A DNA stretch of 64,000 bases from Octopus bimaculoides (GCF_001194135.2 NC_069002.1:36775535-36839534), one strand, 5' to 3'; shown: positions 11,797 through 25,045, numbered from the stretch's first letter. Translations and numbers: made by a program. Notes: generated by a model not told the origin, from the sequence alone.

Positions 11797-12499
11797 TTCT
11801 ATTTATTTTCTTCCTTTTATACTCCATATGATACTCCAGCTGTTTTTGTAAGTCATTCTTGTACCGTCCTCCATCCATTGTCCTTGTAACAATGAAAGAA
11901 ATCTTTATGTTCTCCATGTCTGAAGTGATGAAAGCCAAAGTTGATCTCAAAATATAAAGGCTCACAGCCAAATAAGCAACCCTTACATTTGTAAGAAATG
12001 GATGCAATTGATTAAAGTATCAACCAATTCTGAACGTGTTCTGTTTATTTTCTGACTTTATCAGTAAAGTGTAGCCTTCTTTCAGTAAAGAAAGCTTGCT
12101 AAATTAGTTGCCTCAAATGAATCAGTAAACCAATATGCAATGTACTCTTAGATGCCATCTGTTTGAAAAACCAACGGTTAAGATATGTTAATATATATAA
12201 CGTTGGGAGAATTAAATAATTCTAATCGGGGGTATAGAATCAGATTTCCAATAATACAGTGAGGATAAAAACAATATTAGACATTGACCAATGTTGTTCT
12301 AATTATGTTGATAGGTATGGGTGGCAACTTTAGATGTATTTCAGCTTTGTTAGACCTTCCAGTGCAGAATAGATTTTACTTGAATATTCCATTCCATATC
12401 ATAAGTACTTATTTTATTGGCAGTGGAGTGAACAAGGGCTAGAATTAAAGCTTGGTAGAATTTGAATTCATAACTACTACAAGTGCAGATATGGTATAA

Positions 12500-12905
12500 G
12501 TGCAGGCATGGCTGTGTAGCTATGAAGTTCTCTTTCCAACTACATGTCTTCGTGTTGTCTCATTGTATGGCACCTTGGGCAGGTGTCTTCTACTATAGCT
12601 CCAACTTGACCAAAGCCTTCTGAGTGGATTTGGCTGATGGAAACTGAAAGAAATCCATCCTACATGTATGTATATATGTGTATATTTGTCTTGACATAAA
12701 TGAGTGTCACCATCATACAAGTAGTGTTTCTTGTTTCCAATCTTCCATGAAATGATGTTCAGCCATGAGTGAAGTATTACCTTGCTTGAAAACAGGTGAC
12801 GATTGGCAACAGGAAGACCATCCATCTGTGGTAAATCTGCTTCAAAGAATTCTGTCTGACTCATGTAATCATGGAAAAGTGGACATTAAAATGATGATGA
12901 TGAAC
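12500..12905 (+). mobile_element. SINE family A head with an RTE-like tail (subfamily A2)
   Basis: Family A head; tail ...GGCAACAGGAAG..CATCCA...CATGGAAAAGTGGACATTAAAATGATGATGATGA, shared with family B. Confidence 0.7.
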
Positions 12906-12962
12906 TAGCATCTCTAGCAGCTCACTGCCTTTGCTCATAGAAATGGTCTTATATTGTTGTAT

Positions 12963-13243
12963 TCATCATCATCATCATCGTTTAACGTCCACTTTCCATG
13001 CTGGCATGGGTTGGATGGTTTGACTGAGGGCTGGCAAGCCAGATGGCTGCACTAGGCTCCAATCTGATCTGGCAGAGTTTCTACAGCTGGATGCCCTTCC
13101 TAATGCCAACCACTCCGAGAGTGTAGTGGGTGCTTTTACGTGCCACCGGTACAAGGGCCAGTCAGGTGGTACTGGCCACGGCCACGCTCAAATGGTGTTT
13201 TTTTATGTGCCACCTGCACGGGAGCCAGTCCATCAGCACTGGC
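12963..13243 (-). mobile_element. Family B copy
   Basis: Reverse complement of 11516-11796. Confidence 0.8.
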
Positions 13244-13434
13244 TGAAGTTTATATAAGAAGATATGGTCATTTTTAAGATCTCTAATCAGTTGAATATTG
13301 GCATTCATTTAGTTGTTTAACCCCGTGATGATTCCCGAATTGACAAGGATCAGCCTCCCTCCCTACTCTAGATATTAGTGAAATTTATTTCCACTATCTG
13401 AATTCTCCTTTCTTCACCATTGTGTCGGACAGGT

Positions 13435-13649
13435 TTAACTCTTTAGCATTTAAACCAGCCATATCTGGCCAAAATATTCTGTCTTTTAGGCAAACTCGCC
13501 TCTTGTACCTTACCCTATAATGTCATTCTAAAACTAAACAATCACATCATTAAACTCTCAAAGCTACAAGACAAAGCATGATTGATTCAAAACAATATGA
13601 AGAAATAAATATTGTATTCGACAGAGTAATCTGAATGCTAAAGGATTAA
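13435..13649. mobile_element. piggyBac-like MITE (family E)
   Basis: TTAA-CTCTTTAGCATT...AATGCTAAAGGA-TTAA; homologous to the other family E copies. Confidence 0.7.
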
Positions 13650-14089
13650 AAATGCAAAACCATCTTAATTTGATTAACCGTTTTGATACCTATCTGCCTG
13701 AGACCACCCTTAATACTAACTTCCTTTGGAATGTCCTCTAGAACTAAACCTTCCAGAAAAATTTCAGGTTAATTTATGTTCCAGATACTAAAGTCCTCAT
13801 TATTTTCAGGGTTAATTAAAACGAAAACAGTGTATTTCAAAAGAAAACAGAGTAACAAAAAAAGGGTTAGGACACGACAATATACCCTTTGTTTTCAATC
13901 CTCACTGGACGGGAGTTCTCTCCTGGAAGTTCTGTCTTCACTTCCCACAAGAAACACTGGCTTAGCTCCACAGAGGTTCTGAGAAACTCCAGAGTTTGGT
14001 GAAAAGATTCCAGGGTTCCATAGGATAAGGTGTTTTCTTAGTAAAAGTTTATAAGATAAACACTGGCATCCTCCATGTGTGAAGACATG

Positions 14090-14270
14090 TGGCCTAGGGA
14101 TAGGGTAATTTCGATTCCAGGACAGGATGGTGTGTTGTGTTCTCGAGCAAAGCAATTCATTTCACGTTGCTCCTGTTGGTCACTCAGCTGTAAATAAGTA
14201 ACCCTGCGACAGACTGGCGTTCCATTCAGGGAGAGTACTGTGATCTGACGAATCCTTGGACTCGAGACAG
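14090..14270 (+). mobile_element. SINE family G-related fragment
   Basis: TTCGATTCC...GTGTTCTCGAGCAAAGC...TTTCACGTTGCTCC...CACTCAGCTGTAAAT. Confidence 0.55.
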
Positions 14271-14319
14271 TAATGTCTAGGGGTCTTAGTTTACTTTGAT
14301 GTAAGAAGCTTGGTTCCCA

Positions 14320-14530
14320 AGCTGTGTGTGTGTGTCGCCTTTTCCCTACACCACTTGACAACTGGTGTTGGTGTGTTTACGTCCCCGTCACTTTTAAAGG
14401 TTCGCCAAAGAGATTAATAGAATAAGTACCAGACTTATAAGAAAAAAAGTACTTGGGTCGATTCATTCGACTAAAAATTCTTCAAGGCGGTGCCCCAGCA
14501 TGGCCGCTGCCTAATAGTACACAAAAAAGT
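14320..14530 (+). mobile_element. SINE family A 3' half
   Basis: GTGTGTTTACGTCCCCGT...GAATAAGTAC...CCAGCATGGCCGC. Confidence 0.7.
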
Positions 14531-15195
14531 TAAAAGATGTTCAAATCAATAGATTATTGTATGTTAGTTTTCTTATATGAATACTTTTTAAAACAATTTT
14601 GTTTCATTTGTCTTATTAAGATTAGTGGCAGCGGTTTTGCCTATAAAATACTTTGGAAGATCGTAAAAAGATTCTGCGATAACCCCCCCCCCCCAAAAAA
14701 AAAACGTTTAGATTTCAATATATGTAATATTGTCCATGTATGCCTGGGTCACCGTCGGTTCATCAACGGCGTGCGAAACTAAAGAGACCTGCTCTGACCT
14801 CTCACCCAATCTCAGGACTTTGACCTGAGCCGATCCACTTTGAGAGATTGAATTGTCAGGTCTGTAACAATTTTAGACGGCCAAGAATCATCTCGGTTTG
14901 CTCGCTTATAACATGGATTATTCCATAGTCTATGTAAAAAAATGTTTCGAATTTACAGAGACGACCCAGTTCCATTAATAGAATAATACTTTAACTCGGC
15001 CAAACCTAATTTGACCAAAGGCTAAAGTGCAAGATAAAAACAAAATGAGGTANNNNNNNNNNNNNNNNNNNNNNNNNNNNNNNNNNNNNNNNNNNNNNNN
15101 NNNNNNNNNNNNNNNNNNNNNNNNNNNNNNNNNNNNNNNNNNNNNNNNNNNNNNNNNNNNNNNNNNNNNNNNNNNNNNNNNNNNNNNNNNNNNNN

Positions 15196-15244
<49 letters not shown>

Positions 15245-15599
15245 ATGTGTGTGTGTGCACATACACACGCAGGCGCGCACACATACGCATGTACATATAC
15301 TTAGATGTATGTATATAGGTGTGTGTGTGTGTATGAGTTCTATCTTTAAACATGTAAATAAATAGATGGTCGCTGATGGATGGGGCTAATATCATCAAAT
15401 AACTTGTCGCTGCTACTTAATGAGTGGCATAGAATATATGGAGTAATTTTTTCTTGGACAAGAAAACAATTATCTTTCTCTAGTTTAGGGAGATATTTTC
15501 TTAAGAAACAACGTAAACTCGTTTATCCGACATTTCGTAACGAGAATAGGAAAGAAAGAGACGACGAAGAAGAAGAACGAGGAACAATCCACGGACTCC

Positions 15600-15860
15600 G
15601 AGATAACAAAGATCCGGGCACTTAAGAGCGTGTGTGCGTATGTGTGTGACCTGCGCATGCGTACCTCTCACACTTACAAACGACAGTTTTCTGAGGGAGT
15701 AAACGATGGTGTCGGCTTAAAAGCGTCGCGAAAGTACCAAATGCAATCGTCAGCATCTTGGCTCAATTTGGGAAGAGGGAGGTCTGGCGGCTGCCTTAGT
15801 TGATACATTTGTCTGTTTTATTCTCCCTCTTAGAACTTTTGATGTACAGCCGCTGCCAAG
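15600..15860 (+). promoter_or_regulatory. Probable CK1 promoter / non-coding first exon
   Basis: Locally CpG-rich. NRF1-like TGCGCATGCGTA at 15652-15663; donor CAAG|GTACGC at 15860/15861. The start codon at 17130 sits directly behind an acceptor, so an upstream exon is expected, and this junction gives a strong Kozak context (CCAAGATGG). TSS position unknown. Confidence 0.6.
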
Positions 15861-16001
15861 GTACGCTGTAGAAAAAAAAAATTAACAAAAAACAACAACA
15901 AAAACCCAGCATACATGCAACCACACACACACACAATAGTATTTTATGTATGTCTGTCTTATTCATCATTGATTTTCCAGTTAACTTCATTCTGTTTAGA
16001 C

Positions 16002-16040
<39 letters not shown>

Positions 16041-16244
16041 ATATATATGTGTGTATATATGTATATATATATGTAGATATATGTATATATATAGTTGTAC
16101 AATCAATCGAAAAAGAAAGTAATATACATCTCTAACATTTATGTCATCGACTCCAGTGTCTTTTCTTTCTCGATCCACTTCCGTTGTTTTGTTCTTTTAG
16201 TACTAAACTTACCATTTCTTTGCGTATGTATCTGTATGTATGTC

Positions 16245-16276
<32 letters not shown>

Positions 16277-17129
16277 ATACTACGTATATATGCACACACG
16301 TTCTTCCTGTTAAAAATCTTATATTTTATTATTGTTGGCCGTCTCTCATCTATTCAAAGAAAGTGATTAACCAAAGTAACATGTTATGTTGGCGTGTGTG
16401 TGTGTGTATATATCTATAGATATACACGCACACCATACAAATCCATTTCACATTTACATTTGTTTATTTTTTTTTTATACATTTATTCACATTTATTTAA
16501 AAATACTTGAGATAGGCACAGTTCATTTCTTCTAGACTTGTATTGAAACATTCTTGGCCAACATTGATGGAGAGGCAAATGTAGATACTCGAGTCTTTAA
16601 ATACAATATTAAAATGTATCTTCTTGTATTCATGTTTGTAATAGATGACATTTATGCTCGTAATATAAAATCGAAGATTATCATCTCCGTTGCTTTTGTG
16701 CGTTCGTTTAGGCGATAGGTAATGTGTGTGTGTGTGTATGTATGTATATATATATGAGAGAGAGATAGGATATATACACACATATGTATGTGTGAGAGCC
16801 CTTGTACCATGTTTATAACTTTATATATATATATATATATGTAGTAAGTTACGTAAGCTTGCCTACAATAATAATGTTTAGTAACGTATTGTAGACGTTT
16901 CTGTTTGTTACAAGAGATTTTATATTAAGTCAAATCATTTTATATTCTCCCTAAACCAGCTGGAAAACCCATTGACTTATTTATAATCCCCTCTGTCTAT
17001 CTCACTCACTCTAATTAGCCCGTAAACGACCTGTAATAATAAATATTTTAAGTGATTCTTCATGAATTTTAAAGAAAATCTTTTTGTTTTTTTGTCTCTT
17101 ATATTTCCCCTGTTTATTCTTTATTGCAG

Positions 17130-17205
17130 ATGGAGCTCAGAGTTGGTAATAAATACCGTCTTGGTCGAAAGATAGGCAGTGGCTCTTTCGGAGATATATA
17201 TTTAG
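17130..17205 (+). CDS. CSNK1D/E: Casein kinase I delta/epsilon, coding exon 1 ([26 protein letters not shown]; Gly-rich loop), 76 nt
   Basis: Manual translation gives the diagnostic CK1 delta/epsilon N-terminus. ATG directly follows a pyrimidine-rich TTGCAG acceptor. Donor GTAAGT at 17206, phase 1. Confidence 0.98.
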
Positions 17206-19200
17206 GTAAGTATATATAATAGAACACTGATTGATATGCATACATTACACGTTATACGCGCGCATACATACATATATATATATATATAACGTAATAGATA
17301 TGATAGTACACGCATGTTATTGTCCAGCCCTGGGTCAATTTTGATAACGTTTTTATTCTAAATTTAGAATATCCAGTTGAAAAATTTTTTTTTCTCTGAC
17401 GATATATCGATACCGAAAAAAAATAATCTACTCTTCCCACTCCCCACGGACTTAACGAAACTCAATGTGTCCTTCACTTATTGAAGACGATAGGTTGTGA
17501 TTTGAGAGAGATTTGGCTGTTATAAATGTCGAGCGATCATGTGTAGGCTTCCTTGTTAACAGATTTGTTATAGGAGCAACGAAGTGTTGGTGTTTTGGTT
17601 ACGTCCCCTTAAATTTCAGGTTCGAATCCAGGTCGACTTTTCCATTCAGCTTTTCCGATCGCAATAAAAGGACAAGCCACCCGATCCCATTAAAATATTC
17701 TGCCCCACCCAGCGTGGCTACAAGCAAGTAAACACATTATACAAACAATACACACACGCATGTCTGTATAATAATTTATTAAAATTCGTAAAACAAGATA
17801 CAAGAAAAAGTGGGGTTTTTTTGAGGTTTCAGAATGCAAGAGGACATTTCCCCGTTCCCTAATGAAATAAATAGAAATTTAATATATTTAGTTCTCGGAG
17901 TGGATTTGCGAGTTATAGATTCTCGCCTCCAGTCAACCACTTAATTTATATCACCTGTGATTTTTTCTTTCTTTCTGTGAGTGGTGGGGGATAGATTTCT
18001 GTTCAGCTACATTTAGAGGGGGAAACACCTTCGTGAGAACGGGTCAGTGAAATACACTAATAGCAATAATACTCTGCACACCTCATTATTATGTTACCTG
18101 TCTGTCAGACTTCGTGCTTGTGTAGGAAATTAGTAATTAATTCATCCACGCATTGTTCATCAAGAATATTATAATAGTTCTTGATAACAAAATTGTTGTT
18201 GATAGCAGAAAATGCCTTATGTGTGTATAAGTCTTTTTAGAAATAATGTATATGTATATATTTTATATATTAAAAAGAAAATAGTTTTTTTGTTAAAACA
18301 TTGAAAAGAGGCCAATTCTTTCATTCACACACACGCAAGTATCTGATGTACTTATACATACCATTGTAGATAATGTACATACGTACACAAATATAGTGTT
18401 ATACACATACGTTCGTAATGTACAGATGCGTATATAATGCAAATTATGGGATACAATGGCATGATCTCCACAACATAATCATCTTTTCACTTCAAACCTA
18501 TGTAAAGTGAGGTAGAGAGGGGAAAGGCGATACAAAGTTTAAATTGGATATTAGCATTATGTGTAGATCGGGCGGGGATTAATTCTCGAATTCCACCCCC
18601 AGGGTGTGTTGGATGATTATGAAACAGGGTGCAAGAGTAAAGGGTTCTCCCATTTCCTTTAAAAGAACTTGCTCTTCTGCTTTCTTAGATTTACAGTTTC
18701 TTTTCTCTCCTCAATCGCATGGCTTCAAATTTTGGCACAAGCCAACAATTTCGTGGGAGTGGATAAGTCGGTTACATCGACTCCAGTGTTCAACTGGTAC
18801 TTATTTTATCGACCTCGAAAAGATGAAAAGCAGAGTTGACAATAATAGTGATGGTTTCTTGCGTTTTTGAAGTTCTAGTAGCAGGAAGTAAATGGAAAAA
18901 CCTAATCTACGGCGGTAAGGTGAGGTGAGGTGAGGGTTGGTTGGTGACGATGTGAGAGAGAGAGAGGTTGATTAGAAATTGCCGATTACGAAGTCGGTGA
19001 TCAGTTTCACCACAGGAATATTGAGGGGGATTCAGTGTTTCTCATTTTGTGTATGTTTTCTGTCCTGAATCAGGCAAAAACTGTTGGTTTACTGTGAGAC
19101 ATTGAAGCACTTGCCACAATAAACCTTTACGACTATATTGAGTTCTCCTTTTTTTAGTCGTAACAAACACACACACACACATGTGTTAGTGTATGTTGTA

Positions 19201-19232
<32 letters not shown>

Positions 19233-19329
19233 CATATATATAAGGCGAAGGAAAAGAATACACGCACCCGGTGTTCAGGGTTAGGGCTACGCCGAAAACA
19301 GATATCTGTATATATCTGTGCGGTGCGTC

Positions 19330-19680
19330 TTTGTTTGTCATTAGACTGTGGCCATGCTGGGACACCGCCTTGAAAATTTTTTAGTCGAATGAATCCACCC
19401 CGGTACTTTTTCCTTTTTTTTTTGCTTTTAACTCTGGTACTTATTCTATCGATCACCTGCCGAACCGCTAGGTTATGAGAACGTAAACACACCAAAACTG
19501 GTTGTCAAACGGTGCTGAGGGACACACATATATACGACGGCTTGTTTCAGTTTCCGTTTACCAAATCCACTCACAAGGCTTTAAGTGGGCTTGAGGCTAT
19601 AGTAGAAGACACTTGCCCAAGGTGCCACATACTGGGATTAATTCCAGAACCATGTGGTTGGGAACCAAGCTTCCTACTAT
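19330..19680 (-). mobile_element. SINE family A, near full length
   Basis: Reverse complement colinear with the reference copy. Confidence 0.8.
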
Positions 19681-20254
19681 GCATATATTGTTAATGTATG
19701 TGCTCAGTATCCTTGTGCACATGTATATGTGAAATCAGTGGTACCTCTGTGGCTGACTGGAAACTGTCAAACCGTCCACCCCATGCCAGCATGGAAAACA
19801 GATGATGATGAATATATACACATACGATATATTTGTGTTTTCTGTCTATACGGTGTATGTATACATAAGTCTTGTGTATACACACACGTACACACGTCCT
19901 TATGTATATATGTATGTGTTGAAGTTTTAATGTTAAATTGGAATAATAGTTATTCTTTTCTTTGCTTGTACACAAAATAATTTACATGGTTTTTAGGAGG
20001 GGCATCCAGGTTGAGAAACTATGCCAAAACAGACACTGGAGCCCAGTACAGTCTGCTCCCCACCGCCCCGTTACATCCTGTCAAACTGCCTCATAGCACA
20101 TGGATGTTAAATGACAATAACACATGTAAATATATTTTGTGTGTGTGGGTATGTATTGTATGGGTTCGTGTGTAAATATATATAAGGAGGTGTAATGGTA
20201 GTGGGTTCGATTCCCATAGTCTCTCCTGGCTAACGTTCTTGTTGTGAAGATACA

Positions 20255-20465
20255 TGATCTAGTGGTTAGAGTGTTGCACTCCTGATTGAAAGATCATGGT
20301 TTCAATTCCTAGACCAGGTGGTGCATTGTGTTCTTTAGCAAAACACTTAATATCACTTTGACACCTGATGCATGGTAAACCTTGCACCTGTTCAGGCAAC
20401 GTTGATTTGATGGAGTGAGCAAATGTACAGCAGATACATTTGATTACTGACAACAAATGATCTGT
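20255..20465 (+). mobile_element. tRNA-head SINE related to family G, different tail
   Basis: TAGTGGTTAGAGTGTTGCACTC...GTTTCAATTCC...GTGTTCTTTAGCAAAACACTT. Confidence 0.55.
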
Positions 20466-20574
20466 GCAGGTTGTTCTGCAAAAGCTGAATACTCATCCGT
20501 CGTCTTCGACAAGAGAGTCCATCACACACACAGTGTATGTATGAATTTATATTCTGAATGGATGAAAATAAAAA

Positions 20575-20870
20575 GAAGGCTGCTGTGTGTGTGTGTGTGT
20601 GTGTGTGTGTGTCTTCTATCTGTGTATTTGTGTCCCCAATCATGACATGGCTTGATAGTTGTAATCATACATCACCATAATACAAGAGGTGGTGGTGCTT
20701 CCAATCTTCGTGTGAAAACATGTCTGGCCATGGGTAAATATTACCTTACTTGGAAAAAGGTGAAAATGATCAACGGGAAGAACATCTTCATATAGGAAAT
20801 CTGCCTCAGCAAATTTCGACTGACCCAGACAAGCGATCATAGAAAAGTAGATGTTAAAGTGATGCAGATG
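20575..20870 (+). mobile_element. SINE subfamily A2, 3' part
   Basis: (TG)n followed by the tail homologous to 12690-12905. Confidence 0.6.
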
Positions 20871-21114
20871 AGATAGAGGGAGTGTGTCCCAGTTACTGTT
20901 TGTATATATAGATGCTGTATGTACACTGTATGGATATATTTGTATATATATGTGTTTGCATATATTTTTACTTGCACATGCTGTGTAGATATTTTAATGT
21001 GTGTGTGATATATATATATATATAAATTTATATAAATAAGGATAAGGTCATTATTTGAAATACCGATCTTATCAGGTGGCCAGCATGGGAATAAAAACCT
21101 TCAAAAGTAATAAT

Positions 21115-21345
21115 TATTTAAAATTATAATTTAGGGTATCTAAGAGATATCACCACACTGGAAATAGCAGTCAAGACTTGACTCTAAAACCCCATTAAAT
21201 GTTTATACAGCACCAGGAGAGAAGACAAAGAGACAAAATAAACTAGCAAAAAGAATTACTGGATAATTCCAGATCCTGGATTTCTGGCTCTGCATAAGAA
21301 ATACTCTGCCTTCATCAATGGAGTATACTCAGAAAACACATAAAT

Positions 21346-21396
<51 letters not shown>

Positions 21397-21616
21397 CAAC
21401 ATACGATATACTTACATATACGAACGTATACATATACATAAGAGCCAGAAATCCAGCATCTGGAATTATCCAGTAATTTTTTTCCTAGTTTATTTTGTCT
21501 CTTTGTCTTCTCTCCTGGTGTTGTATGAACATTGAATGTGGTTTTAGAGCCAAGTTTTGACTGCTATATCTAGCATGGTGATATCTTTTAGATACCCTTA
21601 ATTATAATTTTAAATA
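21115..21616. repeat. Long inverted repeat, ~175 bp arms (21115-21291 / 21441-21616) with a (TA)n-containing spacer
   Basis: Manual alignment of the arms is essentially ungapped at roughly 90% identity. Confidence 0.9.
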
Positions 21617-21959
21617 TACACATATACACATATACACACACACACACACACACATGCATACTATGAATGTCTTTCATCATACACACACATAGAGAGATGG
21701 ACAGTCGTAGGCATAATATAATAATCAAGTCATTACAGCTGTTTACAGCAATATTACACATATCATTTGTCACTTCCCTTCTGAAGGAAATGTTCTGTGC
21801 TCCATGAAAGTACTTCTGTATCATGGTTCATTTTCCATTGCTTTTAATTGTTTGCATCTAATGTCATAATATCAATTATTCACAGGACACATTGAAACGG
21901 TTGTAATGATCTGATTATATCAAAATTAGTTAACAATTCCTGGAAATATATTCCAGACA

Positions 21960-22760
21960 ACTTCCATGCTGCTGGCATGGGTTAAGCAGTTTGATAGGAG
22001 CTGGCAAACCAGAGGACTACACCAGGCTTCATTGTCTGTTTTGGTATGTTTTCTATGGCTGGATGCCCTCCCTAATGCCAACCACTTTACAGAGTGTATT
22101 GAGTGCTTTTTATGTGGCACCAGCACCAGTGGGGTTGCCAAATAACTTGCAAGACAAAGACCTATGAGCTGGGAGACAGAGTGGTACTGAGGGAGGTGAC
22201 TTTGTATCACTTGAGAGGTTAAAGTATAATAAAGGGATAAAGAAAGGTGTCTTGCTTTTCCAGTAGGCAAAGAAAGGAGAGATAAAAAGACAAATAGACA
22301 AAGAGAGAGAGAGAAATAGATGGTGTTGGAGATTCATTGCAACCTGCACATAGGGTACAGTGGGGGGAATATAAGTGGTACAGAGGGGATAGGAGCAAGG
22401 AAGTTTCATAATAGTGTAAGGGGAGATGAAGAGATGACTAGGAAGTTAGGCGAGAGAAATTGGAGTGGCTGGCAGATACATGAGGGAGAATGGCGGGGCC
22501 TGCAGCAGGTGGTGGGAAGGGTAAAGATGGGTCGTGGGGGGGTGTTTTGACAGAAGGCAGATTGTGTGTGTTTGAGAGGAGGACATGATTGCAAAGGCCA
22601 TGTTTGTATGTTTGGCCACAATTTTACTTAGCATGACATGTCTTCTCATGCCCAGCCAATCACCAGAGGCCTCAGTCCTTTGTCATCTCCTCTGTGAGGC
22701 TCAACATCTGAAGATCATTTCTCACCACTCCATCACACATCTTCCTGGGTCTACCTTTTC
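21960..22760 (-). mobile_element. 5'-truncated RTE-clade LINE: end of the RT ORF, 3' UTR and family-B-like 3' terminus
   Basis: Minus strand 22758-22640 translates KGRPRKMCDGVVRNDLQMLSLTEEMTKD*GLW*LA, matching the RTE C-terminal GRP..W...V..DL...DR..WR pattern, with probable CGA>TGA decay. Confidence 0.75.
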
Positions 22761-22949
22761 ACAACTTCTCTCCACAATTTCCCCTTATTTGATATTCAAG
22801 TGAATTTTTTCTTGTAACCAACTCACCCACTACTAGAGTGCCTTACTCTGATTAAGAAGTTAGATTTTAAGAACCTGAACTGTAGAAGCACTAACTTGGT
22901 GCCTATCCTTTGTATAAGCATTCTCATACACACAAAGTACATATGCATT

Positions 22950-22997
<48 letters not shown>

Positions 22998-23382
22998 GCT
23001 CCTTTCTTTTCTGGACAAGACATCCACCAGGCTGGACATCATTTCTGTTACCTCCCAACATTTTTTCTTTTCTACTATTTTCTTCTCTTTATTCTATTAC
23101 CTTTAAAAATTTCTCCCAGGCGTTACCCATTACAATTTGTCTTGGCCCAACGGCCCTTAATGTTTGTTTTCTTTGTACGTCCACTCTGTTGTTGTTTGTT
23201 CATTCGAAGCCCTAACTCTCCTCAAATTTTATATTTTAAAAATTTCTGGATGCTGCTTTCTTATGAAGTTTCTCTATTTTGTTGTTAAAAGCACGAAACA
23301 GAGAATAATAAAACAGTTGACAACTGAGGAGGAGTTAGGCTTCTTTTGGTATTTTGTCCTGTACTTAATGTATATTTTTAGT

Positions 23383-23420
<38 letters not shown>

Positions 23421-23913
23421 GTAAATACATAGACTGTATGGATATATTAGTCTATGTGGTCCAACCCATGCCAGCATAAACAACACATTAAATGATAATG
23501 ATGGTGTGTGTATGTATACATATATTGTATGGTTGTGTTTGTGAACATGCACATACATTGCTTATAGATACATATATACTGTATGAATGTTAATGATGTC
23601 TGTTGAACCAGAAATGTGTCTACAGCTGTTCTCTTGTCTCCACACAATCAGACTTTGGTTTTGTTAATGGCATATCAGTTTTGGAAATTCTTGATTTTGG
23701 GGATTATCTCTCCTCTTCATTTGGAGTTGATCCCAATTGCTACAAAGTGATGGATCTGCTTTGTCTGAAATGAGAGGATAATTTCAGTGAAAAAGAATGT
23801 GTCTTGTAGGAAATTTAAGGAACTTTTATTGAAAACATGCCACTGACTGCTCTCAGTTATTTCCTTTTATTTAATTTCATTGTATATATTGTGTATATAT
23901 ATATATATATGTT

Positions 23914-24093
23914 AAAGCACCCACGACACTCTCGGAGTGGTTGGCGTTAGGAAGGGCATCCAGCTGTAGAAACTCTGCCAAGTCAGATTGGAGCCTGGTG
24001 TTGCCATCCGGTTTCACCAGTCCTCAGTCAAATCGTCCAACCCATGCTAGCATGGAAAGTGGACGTTAAACGACGATGATGATGATGATGATG
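23914..24093 (+). mobile_element. Family B, 5'-truncated copy
   Basis: Near-identical to 30805-30982. Confidence 0.8.
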
Positions 24094-24877
24094 TATTTGT
24101 TCATTTGGTTTTACACCCATTTTTCCCATCCTGTCCCATGTTAGAAGAAACTTTGAACATTTTCTGTGGCCAGATGCTCTTCCTGTTGCCAACCTTTAGC
24201 ATTTTGTTTAGAAATTGCATAACACTCCTTAGTAGTTCATACAACTATATGGTCATTTCTCTAGTATGACATAAAGACTCCTAATAAGTGTTGCACAATC
24301 ACTGAAGATTTAACAATGCAATCAGATTCATTATGAAATGTAAGATGCTTTGAATATGCAAATTCCTGTTTCACTTTCATATGTTCTCTGTAAACTACAC
24401 AATTGTAGATTCCCACCAAATGAAACTTTTGGATATATTAGAAGACACATGGTTATTTGTTGTCTAAATGATTGCACTACACACCCACGCAATACAGTTG
24501 TTAGGAAGTGGCCTGCAACAGGCTGGACAGAAAGAAAACTGAATTTTGAACCTGTTATTTCACATTCAGCGCTTAATGTGTGAATACGTTGTCAGTGAGA
24601 CAAGAATTGTGATGGAGGAGGCACCTTTGTTGGGCTGCACTAAAGTTCATCAGTTGGCCTTAATCTTGCCTTCCAGTATTATTAAGGCAGTGAACTTGCA
24701 GAATCCTTACTGTTGAATAAAATGCAATATTTCTTCTGGTTTGAAATCCTGCTGAGGGGTCAATGAAATAAGTACCAGTTGAGTACAGGGGGTCAATATA
24801 ATCAACTAACCCCCTTCCCCCAGTTTCAGGCCTTGTGCCTTTCATAGAAAAGGATTATTGTTGTTCTTACTAAGGTG

Positions 24878-25045
24878 AGTGAGCTAGCAGAGTTGTTAGC
24901 ACACGAGACGAAATGCTTAGCTGCATTTCTTCCATCTTTGTTCTGAGTTCAGATTCCGCTGAGGTCAACTTTGCTCTTCATCCTTCTGGGGTTGATAAAA
25001 TAAGTACCAGTTGTGTACTGGGGTTAATGTAATTGACTACCCCCT
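24878..25045 (+). mobile_element. tRNA-derived SINE family F; other copies at ~4620-4830, 18700-18835(-), 24745-24855(-), 27940-28050, 44860-44975, 49345-49550, 57305-57420
   Basis: Shared GGCAGA..GTTAGCAC...AAATGCTTAGC.GCATTTC...CTGAGTTCA.ATTCCGC.GAGGTC.ACTTTGC..TTCATCCTT..GGGGT.GATAAA.TAAGTACCAGTT. Confidence 0.75.

Noticed and set aside
15842-15869. ATGTACAGC...CAAGGTACG occurs both here and in exon 7 (58589-58624)
   Set aside because: Two 9-mers with different spacing and no flanking similarity; most likely coincidence.
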